DNA of 64,000 nucleotides from assembly GCA_003963005.1 (NCBI GenBank), contig RXJW01000066.1:4981-68980 (forward strand), in the 5' to 3' direction. The DNA comes from Burkholderiales bacterium (lineage in GTDB: Bacteria; Pseudomonadota; Gammaproteobacteria; Burkholderiales; Burkholderiaceae_C). The notes under the pieces are model-generated. The model saw only the letters and a list, made by a program, of their open reading frames with translations, was not told the origin of the DNA and ran no database searches. The position numbers and the translations under genes are program-made. This document shows, piece after piece, positions 11,719 to 20,958 of this stretch; the stretch's first letter is position 1; each line of letters begins with the position of its first letter.

Positions 11719-14019
11719 TCAGAAGTTCGCCTTGAACTGCACGCCGTAGCTGCGCGGCTCGTTGACGATACCGGTCAGGTTGTTGAAGTCGATCGCGGCG
11801 ATGACCTGGCGATGGTTGGTGATGTTGCGCGAGTAGGCTGCCACTTCGTACTTGCCGGCTGCCCAGCCGTAGCCAACGCGCAGGCCGCCTTCCAGCGCCG
11901 CCTTGGCCTTGTACTCGGTCGCCTCGTACAGGAACATGTTGTACTTGTCCTTGTAGGCCCAGTCGGTCAGCACGGTCAGTTCGCCGTCGCCGATTTCGGT
12001 GCTGTACTTCAGCGTCCAGTTCCACACCACCTTCGGCGCACGCGGCAGCGGGTTGCCGTTGATGCTGACCGTGCCCGGCAGCGGGCCCGGCGCGTTCAGC
12101 ACATTGCAACCCGTGCCGGCCTGCAGGAACTGGAAGCCGGCGTTGCCGCAGGGCTGCACGAAGAGGTTGGGGTCCTTGATCTTCGTGTCGTTGTACGAGA
12201 AGCCCAGCGTCGTGCGCCAGTCGCGGGCGATGATGGCCTGGGCATCGATCTCGAAGCCCTGGCCCTCGGCCTTGGCGGCATTGACCAGGCGGTTCTGGTT
12301 CGTGGAGCCCGAGCCGGCGGTCAACTGCAGGTCCTTGACGCGATAGCTGAACACCGTGCCGGTGATGCGGGCGGTGTTGTCGAGCAGGTCGGCCTTGAAG
12401 CCGGCCTCGACGGACAGCGCCTTCTCGGAGTTGGCGATCGAGATGGAGTCGCCGAACAGCACGCGACCCTGGATCGACGGTGCGCGGTAGCCGGTGGCCA
12501 CGCGGGCGAACAGGCTGGTGGCCTTGTCCAGCGCATAGTTGGCGCCCAGGTCCCAGCTCCAGTTGGTCGACTTGGGCTTGGCGAAGAACGGGCCGACGAT
12601 GTCGACGTTCGGCGCCTTGCCGGGCGTCCAGGTGCGCACGGCATCGAAGTCCTTCTTGTCGTCGGTGTAGCGCAGGCCGGCGGTGACCTTCAGGTCCGGG
12701 GTGACGGCGTACTTGATGTTGCCGAAGGTCGCCCAGCTCTTGGCGTTCTGGTGCTGCACGGCGTAGCCGTTTTGCGGGTCGCCGGTCGCGAAGCTGTCGT
12801 AGTTGAAGCTGTCCACCTGCAGCTTCTCATTGAAGTAGTACACGCCCAGGATCCACTGCAGCGCGTCGGCCGTGCTGGACTGGAGGCGGAACTCCTGCGT
12901 CGACTGGCGAAGGTAGGGGATGCCGTCGGCGGTCTGGGCGTCGAACGGGATCAGCGCCTTCTGGCCGGGGTAATCCGGGCCGTCCTTGATGCCGCCGAAG
13001 CGGCTGCCGAAGCCGCCGTCCACGTCACCGCGGCTGTAGAACTTGGCGCGGTCGAAGGCGGTGATCGAGTAGAGCGACATGCCGTCGAAGTCCCAGCGCA
13101 GGCGGGCGCTGACCTCGCTGGACTTGAGCGTCTGCGAGTTGTAGCCGTCGGTCGGGTAGTAGCTGTCGCTGTAGCCGTCGACCAGGTCGTTGGTACCGCG
13201 CTTGATGATGTTGGCGCGGAAGGTCGTGGCCGTGCCCTTGTAGTCGCGGGCCTGGACCTTGAAGAGGCCCTCGAAACCCGCCGTCTTGTACAGGGCCTGC
13301 ACGCGCAGCGCCTTGTCGTTGTAGCCCTCGAGGTCGGACGTCGCATTGGGCAGGGGGTTGTGCACGCGGTTGTCCTGGCGCTGCACGATGCCCGCCACCC
13401 GCATGGACCAGTCGCTGCTCAGCGGCACGTTGACAGCGGTTTCGAGGTTCACCGAATTCCAGCGGCCGTAGCCGAGGTTGGCATAGCCTTCGAAGCGCTT
13501 GCCCGGCTTGGCGGAGTCGAACTTCATCACGCCCGCCGGTGAGTTGCGGCCGAACAGCGTGCCTTGCGGGCCGCGCAGCAGTTCCACCTGAGCCATGTCG
13601 AACACCGGGAAGCCCTTGAGCGCCACGCTCTCCTGCACGACATCGTCGTACACCAGGCCCACGGGCTGGGACGCGTTCAGGTCGAAGTCGGTGTTGCCCA
13701 GGCCGCGCACGTAGAAGCGCGGGAAGGTGCGGCCGAAGTCGGACTCGATGTTCAGGCTCGGCACCTTGCCCGACAGGGCGCGGATGTCCTGGCCGCTGGC
13801 GTTGTAGGTGTCGAGTTCCTCGGACTTGATCGCCGAGATCGACAGCGGCACTTCCTTCAGGTTTTCAGCGCGCCGGCTGCCGGTCACGATGACGGCTTCG
13901 AGCTGGCTGACGTCCTTCTTGGCCTCGGGCGCCGTGGCCTGGGCGGCGGCGTGCTGCACGGGGAAGGCGGCGGCGAGTGCCAGCGCCAGCAGGGTGGGAG
14001 ATACGCGGGGTGTCGGCAT
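11719..14019 (-). CDS. TonB-dependent outer membrane receptor
   Basis: Signal peptide, TonB-box-like EAVIVTG, plug motif VELLRGPQGTLFGRN, C-terminal Phe. Confidence 0.95.
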   Translation of the reverse strand: MPTPRVSPTLLALALAAAFPVQHAAAQATAPEAKKDVSQLEAVIVTGSRRAENLKEVPLSISAIKSEELDTYNASGQDIRALSGKVPSLNIESDFGRTFPRFYVRGLGNTDFDLNASQPVGLVYDDVVQESVALKGFPVFDMAQVELLRGPQGTLFGRNSPAGVMKFDSAKPGKRFEGYANLGYGRWNSVNLETAVNVPLSSDWSMRVAGIVQRQDNRVHNPLPNATSDLEGYNDKALRVQALYKTAGFEGLFKVQARDYKGTATTFRANIIKRGTNDLVDGYSDSYYPTDGYNSQTLKSSEVSARLRWDFDGMSLYSITAFDRAKFYSRGDVDGGFGSRFGGIKDGPDYPGQKALIPFDAQTADGIPYLRQSTQEFRLQSSTADALQWILGVYYFNEKLQVDSFNYDSFATGDPQNGYAVQHQNAKSWATFGNIKYAVTPDLKVTAGLRYTDDKKDFDAVRTWTPGKAPNVDIVGPFFAKPKSTNWSWDLGANYALDKATSLFARVATGYRAPSIQGRVLFGDSISIANSEKALSVEAGFKADLLDNTARITGTVFSYRVKDLQLTAGSGSTNQNRLVNAAKAEGQGFEIDAQAIIARDWRTTLGFSYNDTKIKDPNLFVQPCGNAGFQFLQAGTGCNVLNAPGPLPGTVSINGNPLPRAPKVVWNWTLKYSTEIGDGELTVLTDWAYKDKYNMFLYEATEYKAKAALEGGLRVGYGWAAGKYEVAAYSRNITNHRQVIAAIDFNNLTGIVNEPRSYGVQFKANF

Positions 14020-14181
14020 GAAGATTCCTCGGGTTGGGGGCGGGACGGCGGACGCTGGTGGCGCCTCTGATTCCTACGGGATCGTAAAGATCGCGTGACC
14101 GAATGGTGATGAAAGCCGGGCGCCTGTTGCTCATTTGCTGCACTGCGATACTTCCCAGGGTCATCCCTCTCCACAAATTCG

Positions 14182-14976
14182 ATGCGCTTCATCACCGCCA
14201 ACCTCAACGGCGTGCGTTCCGCCGCCAGCAAGGGCTTCTTCGATTGGCTGAGCCAGCAGAAGGCCGACGCCGTGGGCGTGCAGGAACTCAAGGCGCAGGC
14301 CGATGTCGTCGAAGCCGATTTCCGCACCTGCGGCAAGCTGGAAGGGCACTTCCACTACGCCGAGAAGAAGGGCTACTCCGGCGTGGGCCTGTACACCCGC
14401 GTGACGCCGAGCGACGTCATCACCGGGATGGGCATCGCCGAGTTCGACAGCGAGGGCCGCTGGGTGGAAAAGCGCTTCGACAAGCCCGGCCGCAAGCTCA
14501 GCCTGATCAGCGTCTACTTCCCGAGCGGCAGCAGCGGCGAGGAGCGCCAGCAGGTCAAGTACCGCTTCCTCGACGCGATGCGCCCGCACCTGCTGGCACT
14601 CAAGGCCGAGCGTGAGTTCATCCTGGTGGCCGACGTCAACATCGCCCACAAGGAGATCGACCTCAAGAACTGGCGCAGCAACCAGAAGAACAGCGGCTTC
14701 CTGCCCGAGGAGCGTGCCTGGATGACGCAACTGCTGGACACCGGCAAGGGCGGGGGTGGGCTGGTCGACGTGTTCCGCACGCTGAACGACCAGGCCGAGC
14801 AGTACACCTGGTGGAGCGCCCGTGGCGCGGCCCGCGCCAACAACGTCGGGTGGCGGCTCGACTACCACCTGGCCACGCCCGGCCTGGCCGCGCTCGCCCG
14901 CAAGGAGGCTATCTACACCGCACAGCCGTTCAGCGACCACGCGCCGCTCACCATCGACTACGACTTCAAGCTCTGA
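14182..14976 (+). CDS. xth: Exodeoxyribonuclease III / AP endonuclease
   Basis: NLNGVRSA, QELKA, GYSGV, YTWWS, GWRLDY, SDHAP. Confidence 0.96.
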   Translation: MRFITANLNGVRSAASKGFFDWLSQQKADAVGVQELKAQADVVEADFRTCGKLEGHFHYAEKKGYSGVGLYTRVTPSDVITGMGIAEFDSEGRWVEKRFDKPGRKLSLISVYFPSGSSGEERQQVKYRFLDAMRPHLLALKAEREFILVADVNIAHKEIDLKNWRSNQKNSGFLPEERAWMTQLLDTGKGGGGLVDVFRTLNDQAEQYTWWSARGAARANNVGWRLDYHLATPGLAALARKEAIYTAQPFSDHAPLTIDYDFKL

Positions 14977-15087
14977 GCGCGGCCCGGGCGCCAGACCGTG
15001 ACGCTCTTCTCGCCGGCACCGCGACCGCGCTGGGCCGCGCCGGGCCTGGGCAGACGCCCGCGCAGCCAGGCCCTAGGATGCGGCCGC

Positions 15088-16071
15088 ATGACCCTGATCA
15101 GCATCGTCACCAGCTGCCTGAACGAGGCCGAGAACGTCGCCGAGCTCCATCAGCGCATCAAGGCGCAGTTCGAACCGGGCGGGCCGGCGGCTGACTTCGC
15201 CTTCGAGCACATCTTCCTGGACAACGGCTCGACGGACGACACCGTCGCCCGCGTGAAGGCGCTCGCCGCGGCCGACGCGCGGGTCAAGCTGATCGTCAAT
15301 GCCCGCAACTTCGGCCATGTGCGCTCGCCGCTGCACGGCATGTACCAGGCCAGCGGCCAGGCGGTCATCTGCATGGCGTCCGACCTGCAGGACCCGCCGG
15401 AGCTGATCGGCCAGTTCATCGCGCACTGGCGCGCCGGCAAGCTCATCGCGCTGGGCGTGAAGCCGCGTTCGCGCGAGACCTGGGCGATGGCCGTGCTCAG
15501 GCGCTTCTACTACCGGGCACTCGGGCGCATGGCCGATGTGCCGCTGATTGCCAACTTCACCGGCTTCGGCCTGTACGACCGCTCGGTGGTGGAGATCATC
15601 CGCGGCATGGGCGACCCCTACCCCTACTTCCGCGGCGTCATCGCCGAACTCGGCATCGATTACGCCACCGTCGAGTTCGAGCAGCCCGCGCGGGTGCGCG
15701 GCATCACCAAGAACAACTTCTACACGCTCTACGACCTCGGCATGCTGGGGCTGACCAGCCACTCCAAGCTGCCGCTGCGGCTGGCCACGATGGCCGGCTT
15801 CGCACTCAGCGCGCTGAGCCTGCTCGTGTCACTCGGCTACCTGGTGGCCAAGCTGCTGTTCTGGGATTTCTTCACCGTCGGGACGGCGCCGATCATCATC
15901 GGCCTGTTCTTCTTCGGGGCGGTGCAGCTCTTCTTCATCGGGCTCGTTGGCGAGTACGTTGGTGCCATCCACACCCAGCTCAGCAAGCGGCCGCTGGTGG
16001 TCGAGCGCGAGCGCGTGAACCTGCCGCCGGGCGAGGCGCTTCCGCGCCACTCGGGCGAACCCCGCGCGTGA
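15088..16071 (+). CDS. GT2 polyprenol-phosphate glycosyltransferase (GtrB/ArnC-like)
   Basis: DNGSTD, RNFGH, DLQDPP, two C-terminal TM helices, RPLVVERE. Confidence 0.9.
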   Translation: MTLISIVTSCLNEAENVAELHQRIKAQFEPGGPAADFAFEHIFLDNGSTDDTVARVKALAAADARVKLIVNARNFGHVRSPLHGMYQASGQAVICMASDLQDPPELIGQFIAHWRAGKLIALGVKPRSRETWAMAVLRRFYYRALGRMADVPLIANFTGFGLYDRSVVEIIRGMGDPYPYFRGVIAELGIDYATVEFEQPARVRGITKNNFYTLYDLGMLGLTSHSKLPLRLATMAGFALSALSLLVSLGYLVAKLLFWDFFTVGTAPIIIGLFFFGAVQLFFIGLVGEYVGAIHTQLSKRPLVVERERVNLPPGEALPRHSGEPRA

Positions 16072-17525
16072 GCCTGGCGCGCCGCGACCGCCAGTTCGAC
16101 CGGCTGGAGCTGGCCGCCACCGCCTACCTGGGGCTGCCCCTGCTGCCGTTCCTGTGGGCCTGGTGGCGCTGGCCGGTGACGGTGCTCGCCGGCGTGCTGC
16201 TGGCCGTGACGGCCCGTGCCGTGTTCGCCCGCCACCGCCGGGAGTCGCCCGACCTCGGCGCGGGCCTGTGGCTCGTGCTGCTCGCGGTGGCGCTGCTGTG
16301 GGTCGCCAGCAGCGGCCTGCTCGGCGGCCTGCCCCTCAACGAGGACTGGAGCGTGCGCATGCGCGTGCTGCGCGACCTGACGGTCGGCGCCTGGCCGGTC
16401 GGCTACGGGCCGGGGCCGCAGGGCGACACGATGCTGCGCTTCTCGATGGGCTACTACCTCGTGCCGGCGGGCCTGGGTGCGCTGACCGGCGGGGTCGAGG
16501 CGGCACGCGGGCTGCTGGGTGTGTGGACGGCGCTCGGTGTGCTGCTGGCGCTGGCGCTGGTGATGCCGGACCGGCGTGAGCGGCAGCCGCGCGCGGTCGC
16601 CCTCGTGATCGCGCTGTTCGTCGGCTTCAGCGGGATGGACCTGGTCGGCTTCCTGCTCGGCCGCGCCGCCACGCCGGCGCTGGGTGAACACATCGAGTGG
16701 TGGACGCCCTGGCTGCAGTACTCGTCCCAGACCACGCTGCTTTTCTGGGTGCCCAACCACGCGCTGCCGGCCTGGCTGGCCGCCGCGGTGGTGTGGCGGC
16801 ATCGCGCGGCCGGCCTTGCGCCCGCCCCGGCGGCGATCTTGCTGACGGCGGCGGCGTTCTGGTCGCCGCTGGCCTGCGTGAGCCTGCTGCCGCTGCTGGT
16901 GCTGGCGACGATGCGCGGACAGGGCCTCGCAGACTGGCTCCGCGAGCTGGCTCGCCCGGCAGTGCTGGCCATGCTGCCGGTGCTGGCCTTGCTGGCTGCC
17001 TTCGTGAGCTTCGGCATCGTCGTCGAAGAGGCACCTGCCGATCGCCAGGCCCTGGCCGACGTGGTGGCGCCGACGGCCAGCTGGCATGCCTGGCTGGTGT
17101 TCCAGCTGCTCGAATGGGGGTTGGTCGCCGGCGTGCTGATGTCCGCTGGCTGGCATCGCGTGGGCTGGACGTTCCGGGTGGCCTGCGCGCTGCTGCTGCT
17201 GCTGCCGCTGCTCCGCTTCGGCCCCGGCAACGATCTGGTGATGCGCGCCGGCATCGCCCCGCTGACGCTGCTGCTGCTGTGTACCGCGCAGGCCCTGCAG
17301 CGCCGCCAGCTCGCGCCCGCCTGGCAGCGCGTGGCCTGGGTCGTGCTGCTGGTCGGCTGTGCGACGCCAGCCCAGGAACTGATCCGCCAGACCCAGCCCG
17401 GCGCCCGCTGGCCCGACGACGGTCGCAGCCTCGCCCAGGCGCAGGGGCGTCCCTGGCACTACGTCGGTGTGCTGCGGCCCGGTCTGCTCACCCAGGCCCT
17501 GCGGCCTCCTGTGGTGCTGCGATGA
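16068..17525 (+). CDS. Polytopic membrane protein, probable GT-C-type glycosyltransferase
   Basis: Many TM segments, acidic NEDW in the first periplasmic loop, YYLVPA and LFWVPNHAL motifs; GTGA overlap with the GtrB-like gene. Confidence 0.55.
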   Translation: MSLARRDRQFDRLELAATAYLGLPLLPFLWAWWRWPVTVLAGVLLAVTARAVFARHRRESPDLGAGLWLVLLAVALLWVASSGLLGGLPLNEDWSVRMRVLRDLTVGAWPVGYGPGPQGDTMLRFSMGYYLVPAGLGALTGGVEAARGLLGVWTALGVLLALALVMPDRRERQPRAVALVIALFVGFSGMDLVGFLLGRAATPALGEHIEWWTPWLQYSSQTTLLFWVPNHALPAWLAAAVVWRHRAAGLAPAPAAILLTAAAFWSPLACVSLLPLLVLATMRGQGLADWLRELARPAVLAMLPVLALLAAFVSFGIVVEEAPADRQALADVVAPTASWHAWLVFQLLEWGLVAGVLMSAGWHRVGWTFRVACALLLLLPLLRFGPGNDLVMRAGIAPLTLLLLCTAQALQRRQLAPAWQRVAWVVLLVGCATPAQELIRQTQPGARWPDDGRSLAQAQGRPWHYVGVLRPGLLTQALRPPVVLR

Positions 17526-18778
17526 GGGCGTGGTCCGCCGTCACGCCCGAAGCCCGCTGGGCGCTGCTCACGCGAGCCGTGCAGGGCCTGGGCGCCCTGG
17601 CAGCCGTGGCCTGCGTCGTGCGCCTGTACGGCGTGGAACTGCAAGGCCTGTTCTTCAGCTGCCTGAGCCTGGCGGCCTTGATCCAGCTGGGAGACTTCGG
17701 CGTCGGCTACGCCAGCCTGCAAATGGCCGGCCACCTGCGCGCGCAAGGCAAGCCGGCGGTCGCCGCCCAGTTGCGGCGCCAGGCCCGCGTGCGCGGCGGG
17801 GCCTGGCTGCTGGCAAGTGCCGCCTGCGTCGGCCTGTGCGTGGCCTGGGCATGGCCCATCGGCACGGCCGCGCCCTGGCGCGGCGCCTGGGCGGCGCTCG
17901 TGGTGGCGGCACTGGCCCAGCAATGGGTGCAGGTGGAGCTGGCCTGGCTGGAGGGGGCGCATTCGGTGGGCCTGGCGTGGCGACTGCGCTGCGCGCAAGA
18001 GCTGGTGGGCGCCGCCGCCTTCGTCGGCGCCTTGTGGGCGGGTGCGGGCCTGTGGAGCCTGGCGGTCTATTTCGGCACGCGGGCGCTGCTGCCGCTGCCC
18101 TGGCTGCAACCTGCCACCGAGCCGGCCGGGCCGGACGCGGGCTTCCGGTGGGCGCGCGACCTCTGGCCCTTCCAGTGGCGCATCGGCGCCAGCGCGCTCT
18201 CCGGTTTTCTTGTGTTCCAGGCCTTGAACCCGCTGTTGCTCGCCAGCCAGGGTGCATCCGCTGCCGCGCGCTTCGGCATCGGCCTGGCGGTGATGAACAT
18301 GCTGTTGCTGCTGTGCACGGCCTGGCCCTTGAGCCAGGCCGCGCCCTTCGTGCAACTGCTGTCACGGGGGCAGCGCGCTGACGTCAGCGCACGCCTCAAC
18401 CGTGTGCTGTGGCCCTCGCTTGGGCTGGCGGCCATGCTGGCGCTGACGGTGTGGGGGCTGGTGGCCGCGCTGTTGCGGGGCTGGCCGCATTTGGGCGAGC
18501 GCCTGCCCGACCTGCTGACCCTCGCGCTGCTGCTGCTCGCCGGCCTGGCCCACCAGGCCACGGCCTGCCTCGCGGTCGTGCTGCGTGCCGAACGGCTCGA
18601 ACCCCTGCTGCGCGTGAGTGTCGTCGGTGGTGTCGCCAGCCTCGTGCTGATCGCCGCCGTCGCTCGGGCTGCGAGCCTCTCGGCCGTGGCCGGCGCCCAT
18701 CTCGTGTGCACACTCGCGGGCCTGTGGATCGCACACCGCCACTACCGGCGCCTGCTCCAGCGCCTGACGCCGCCATGA
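17522..18778 (+). CDS. Wzx-like polysaccharide flippase
   Basis: About 12 TM, QLGDFG and WPFQWRI motifs; ATGA overlap. Confidence 0.7.
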   Translation: MRAWSAVTPEARWALLTRAVQGLGALAAVACVVRLYGVELQGLFFSCLSLAALIQLGDFGVGYASLQMAGHLRAQGKPAVAAQLRRQARVRGGAWLLASAACVGLCVAWAWPIGTAAPWRGAWAALVVAALAQQWVQVELAWLEGAHSVGLAWRLRCAQELVGAAAFVGALWAGAGLWSLAVYFGTRALLPLPWLQPATEPAGPDAGFRWARDLWPFQWRIGASALSGFLVFQALNPLLLASQGASAAARFGIGLAVMNMLLLLCTAWPLSQAAPFVQLLSRGQRADVSARLNRVLWPSLGLAAMLALTVWGLVAALLRGWPHLGERLPDLLTLALLLLAGLAHQATACLAVVLRAERLEPLLRVSVVGGVASLVLIAAVARAASLSAVAGAHLVCTLAGLWIAHRHYRRLLQRLTPP

Positions 18779-19746
18779 ACGCCTCGCCCCGCCTCAGCAT
18801 CGTCATCCCCACGCTCAACCGGCTGCCGCTGGCCCAGCGTGCGCTGCAGAGTGCGCTGGCGCAGACCGCGCAAGACGTCGAGGTGCTGATCTCCGACAAC
18901 GGCTCCACCGACGGCACGGCCGCGTGGCTGGCGGAGGTCACGCATCCACGCCTGCGCAAGTTCCATCATCCGCAGACCCTGCCCGTGCAGGATCACGGCA
19001 ACTTTCTGGTCGCGCAGGCGCGGGGCGAGTACTTCGTCGGCCTGTCCGACGATGACTGGCTGGCGCCCGACTTCGCGGCCTCGGTGGCCGCCTTGCTGGA
19101 CCGCCATCCCGGGCTGCCCTTCGTCTACACCGGCTGCCTCACGCACTACGCGGATGCCGCCGTGCCGGCGCTGTGCGGGCCGGAGCGCGAGTCGGGCAGC
19201 GATTTCCTCGCGGCGTTCTTCGCCGGCCGCCGCGAAGTGTGCTGGTGTGCCTGTGCCTGCCGGCTGGCGGACCTGCGCGAGATCGGCCCCATCCCGCCGG
19301 GCCGCATCTTCGGCGACATGTTTTTCTGGACACGGCTGGCCCGGCGCGGTGATGTGGGTTGCGTGGCCCGGCCGCTCTCGCACTACAGCTTCGTGACCGA
19401 GGACAACCTCTCGACCGGCACGCCGGTGACGGCCTGGGGACGCGAGACGCGGCTCATCGCGGACGAGGTGCTGCGCGCCTGGCCAGCGGCCGAGCACGAT
19501 CGCCTGCCGTCGTTGCAGGCCGACATGCGGGCCTTCGTGGCGCGCTCGACGGCCAACCAGTTCGTCTGGAATGCCTTGCGCGGGGCAGCGCGGGCGGGGT
19601 TGTGGCGCAGCCTGACCGAACTCGCGCCCTTGCTGCGTGCCTCGCCCCGCGTCTGGGTGCGCCTGGCGCTCGCCCTGGCGCTGCCGCGGCACTGGCTGCG
19701 TGCCTTGGTGCTGGCGGCAGCGCGCAGCCGTGGTCGCCGGCGTTAG
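18775..19746 (+). CDS. Glycosyltransferase family 2
   Basis: SIVIPTLNR, ISDNGSTDGT, LSDDD. Confidence 0.9.
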   Translation: MNASPRLSIVIPTLNRLPLAQRALQSALAQTAQDVEVLISDNGSTDGTAAWLAEVTHPRLRKFHHPQTLPVQDHGNFLVAQARGEYFVGLSDDDWLAPDFAASVAALLDRHPGLPFVYTGCLTHYADAAVPALCGPERESGSDFLAAFFAGRREVCWCACACRLADLREIGPIPPGRIFGDMFFWTRLARRGDVGCVARPLSHYSFVTEDNLSTGTPVTAWGRETRLIADEVLRAWPAAEHDRLPSLQADMRAFVARSTANQFVWNALRGAARAGLWRSLTELAPLLRASPRVWVRLALALALPRHWLRALVLAAARSRGRRR

Positions 19747-19752
19747 CCGGCG

Positions 19753-20958
19753 TCAGGGCCGGTCCAGCGGCTTGGGGTTGCGCCGCAGGGTCAGCAGGCT
19801 GCCGGTGTCGGTCAGGACCACGAGCGTGTCGCCCATCTGCCGCAGGTCCCGCAGGCGCCGCTCCAGCGGGATCGGCTCGGCGTAGACGACGCGGTCCCCG
19901 TCGAGCTTCAGGCGGAACAGCGTCTGGGCTTTCAGCGTGCCCAGCAGCAGGTCGCCCTCCCAGCGGGCATGGAACCCCTTCATCTGCACCACCTGTGTCG
20001 GCGCGACCGAGGGCACGAACGCGTAGACCGGCTCGACGAAGGTCACCCCCGCGGGGGGCGGGGGCAGGCTGGATCGGTATTCCAGGTAGGAACCGTACTC
20101 CGTGCCGTAGCTGCGGTAGGGCCAGCCGTAGTTGCCGCCCTCGCGGATGATGTTGATCTCGTCCCCGCCCTGCGGGCCGTGCTCGGAGGCCACCAGTCGT
20201 CCATCGTCCAGAAAGGTGAGCCCCTGGGGGTTGCGGTGGCCCAGAGAGTACGGGTGCACGCGGCCGTCCTGCAGGTCGAGATAGCTCACCTTGCCCCAGG
20301 GCAGGCCCGGCTTTTGCGCCGCGAGCGCCGAGGGGCTGTCGCGGTGGCGGTCCAGGCTCTGGTCGCCCACGGTGAAGAACAGGCGACGTGTCCCGGGCTG
20401 CAGCGCCAGCCGGCCGCCATTGCCCATCGTGTACATCGGCGCATCCAGCCCCACCGAGCGGTACAGCGTGGTCCAGGTGCGGCCATCCGGTGCGAGCCGG
20501 GCGATGTTGAAGTGGATGCTGTCGGTGGACGCTGCGTACTGGTTGAAGCAGACGTACACGTCGGACCCGTCCAGCAGGATGTCATGCACCCGCGGTGGCA
20601 CTTCGAAGGATTTGTAGCGCCGCGAGCCGGCAAGCGCCCGGCTGCCCAGGTCAATGGCGGGCAGCGCATCGGCTTGGACCACGCCACGCGCGAGGTCGAC
20701 TCGGAAGAAGCGCCCGTCGCCCGACGCCACCCACACCATCCGTCCTGCCACGGCCAGCGCGCCGCCGCGGGCCGAAGGTCCGTTCTGCCAGGTGTGCTCG
20801 CGCATCCACAGCGACACGTAGGCGGTGGTCCGCACCGAGACCTCGGTGGTGCTGATGGGCGCCTCGGGCGCGGCCGCACAGGCCACCGCGCCGGTGAGCG
20901 CCATGAGCAGAGCGATCAGGGCGCGCCGGGTCCCCGGCATCCGCGGCATCTCAGACAT
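19753..20958 (-). CDS. PQQ-dependent glucose/sorbosone dehydrogenase-family beta-propeller, exported
   Basis: GHRNPQGL, SEHGPQGGDEIN, GGNYGWP; N-terminal signal; start overlaps the upstream SDR stop. Confidence 0.85.
   Translation of the reverse strand: MSEMPRMPGTRRALIALLMALTGAVACAAAPEAPISTTEVSVRTTAYVSLWMREHTWQNGPSARGGALAVAGRMVWVASGDGRFFRVDLARGVVQADALPAIDLGSRALAGSRRYKSFEVPPRVHDILLDGSDVYVCFNQYAASTDSIHFNIARLAPDGRTWTTLYRSVGLDAPMYTMGNGGRLALQPGTRRLFFTVGDQSLDRHRDSPSALAAQKPGLPWGKVSYLDLQDGRVHPYSLGHRNPQGLTFLDDGRLVASEHGPQGGDEINIIREGGNYGWPYRSYGTEYGSYLEYRSSLPPPPAGVTFVEPVYAFVPSVAPTQVVQMKGFHARWEGDLLLGTLKAQTLFRLKLDGDRVVYAEPIPLERRLRDLRQMGDTLVVLTDTGSLLTLRRNPKPLDRP

Noticed and set aside
14135-14150. TGCTGCACTGCGA motif and possible riboswitch upstream of the TonB receptor
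   Set aside because: Only a loose resemblance to TGC-rich regulator boxes; no recognisable cobalamin or TPP riboswitch consensus.
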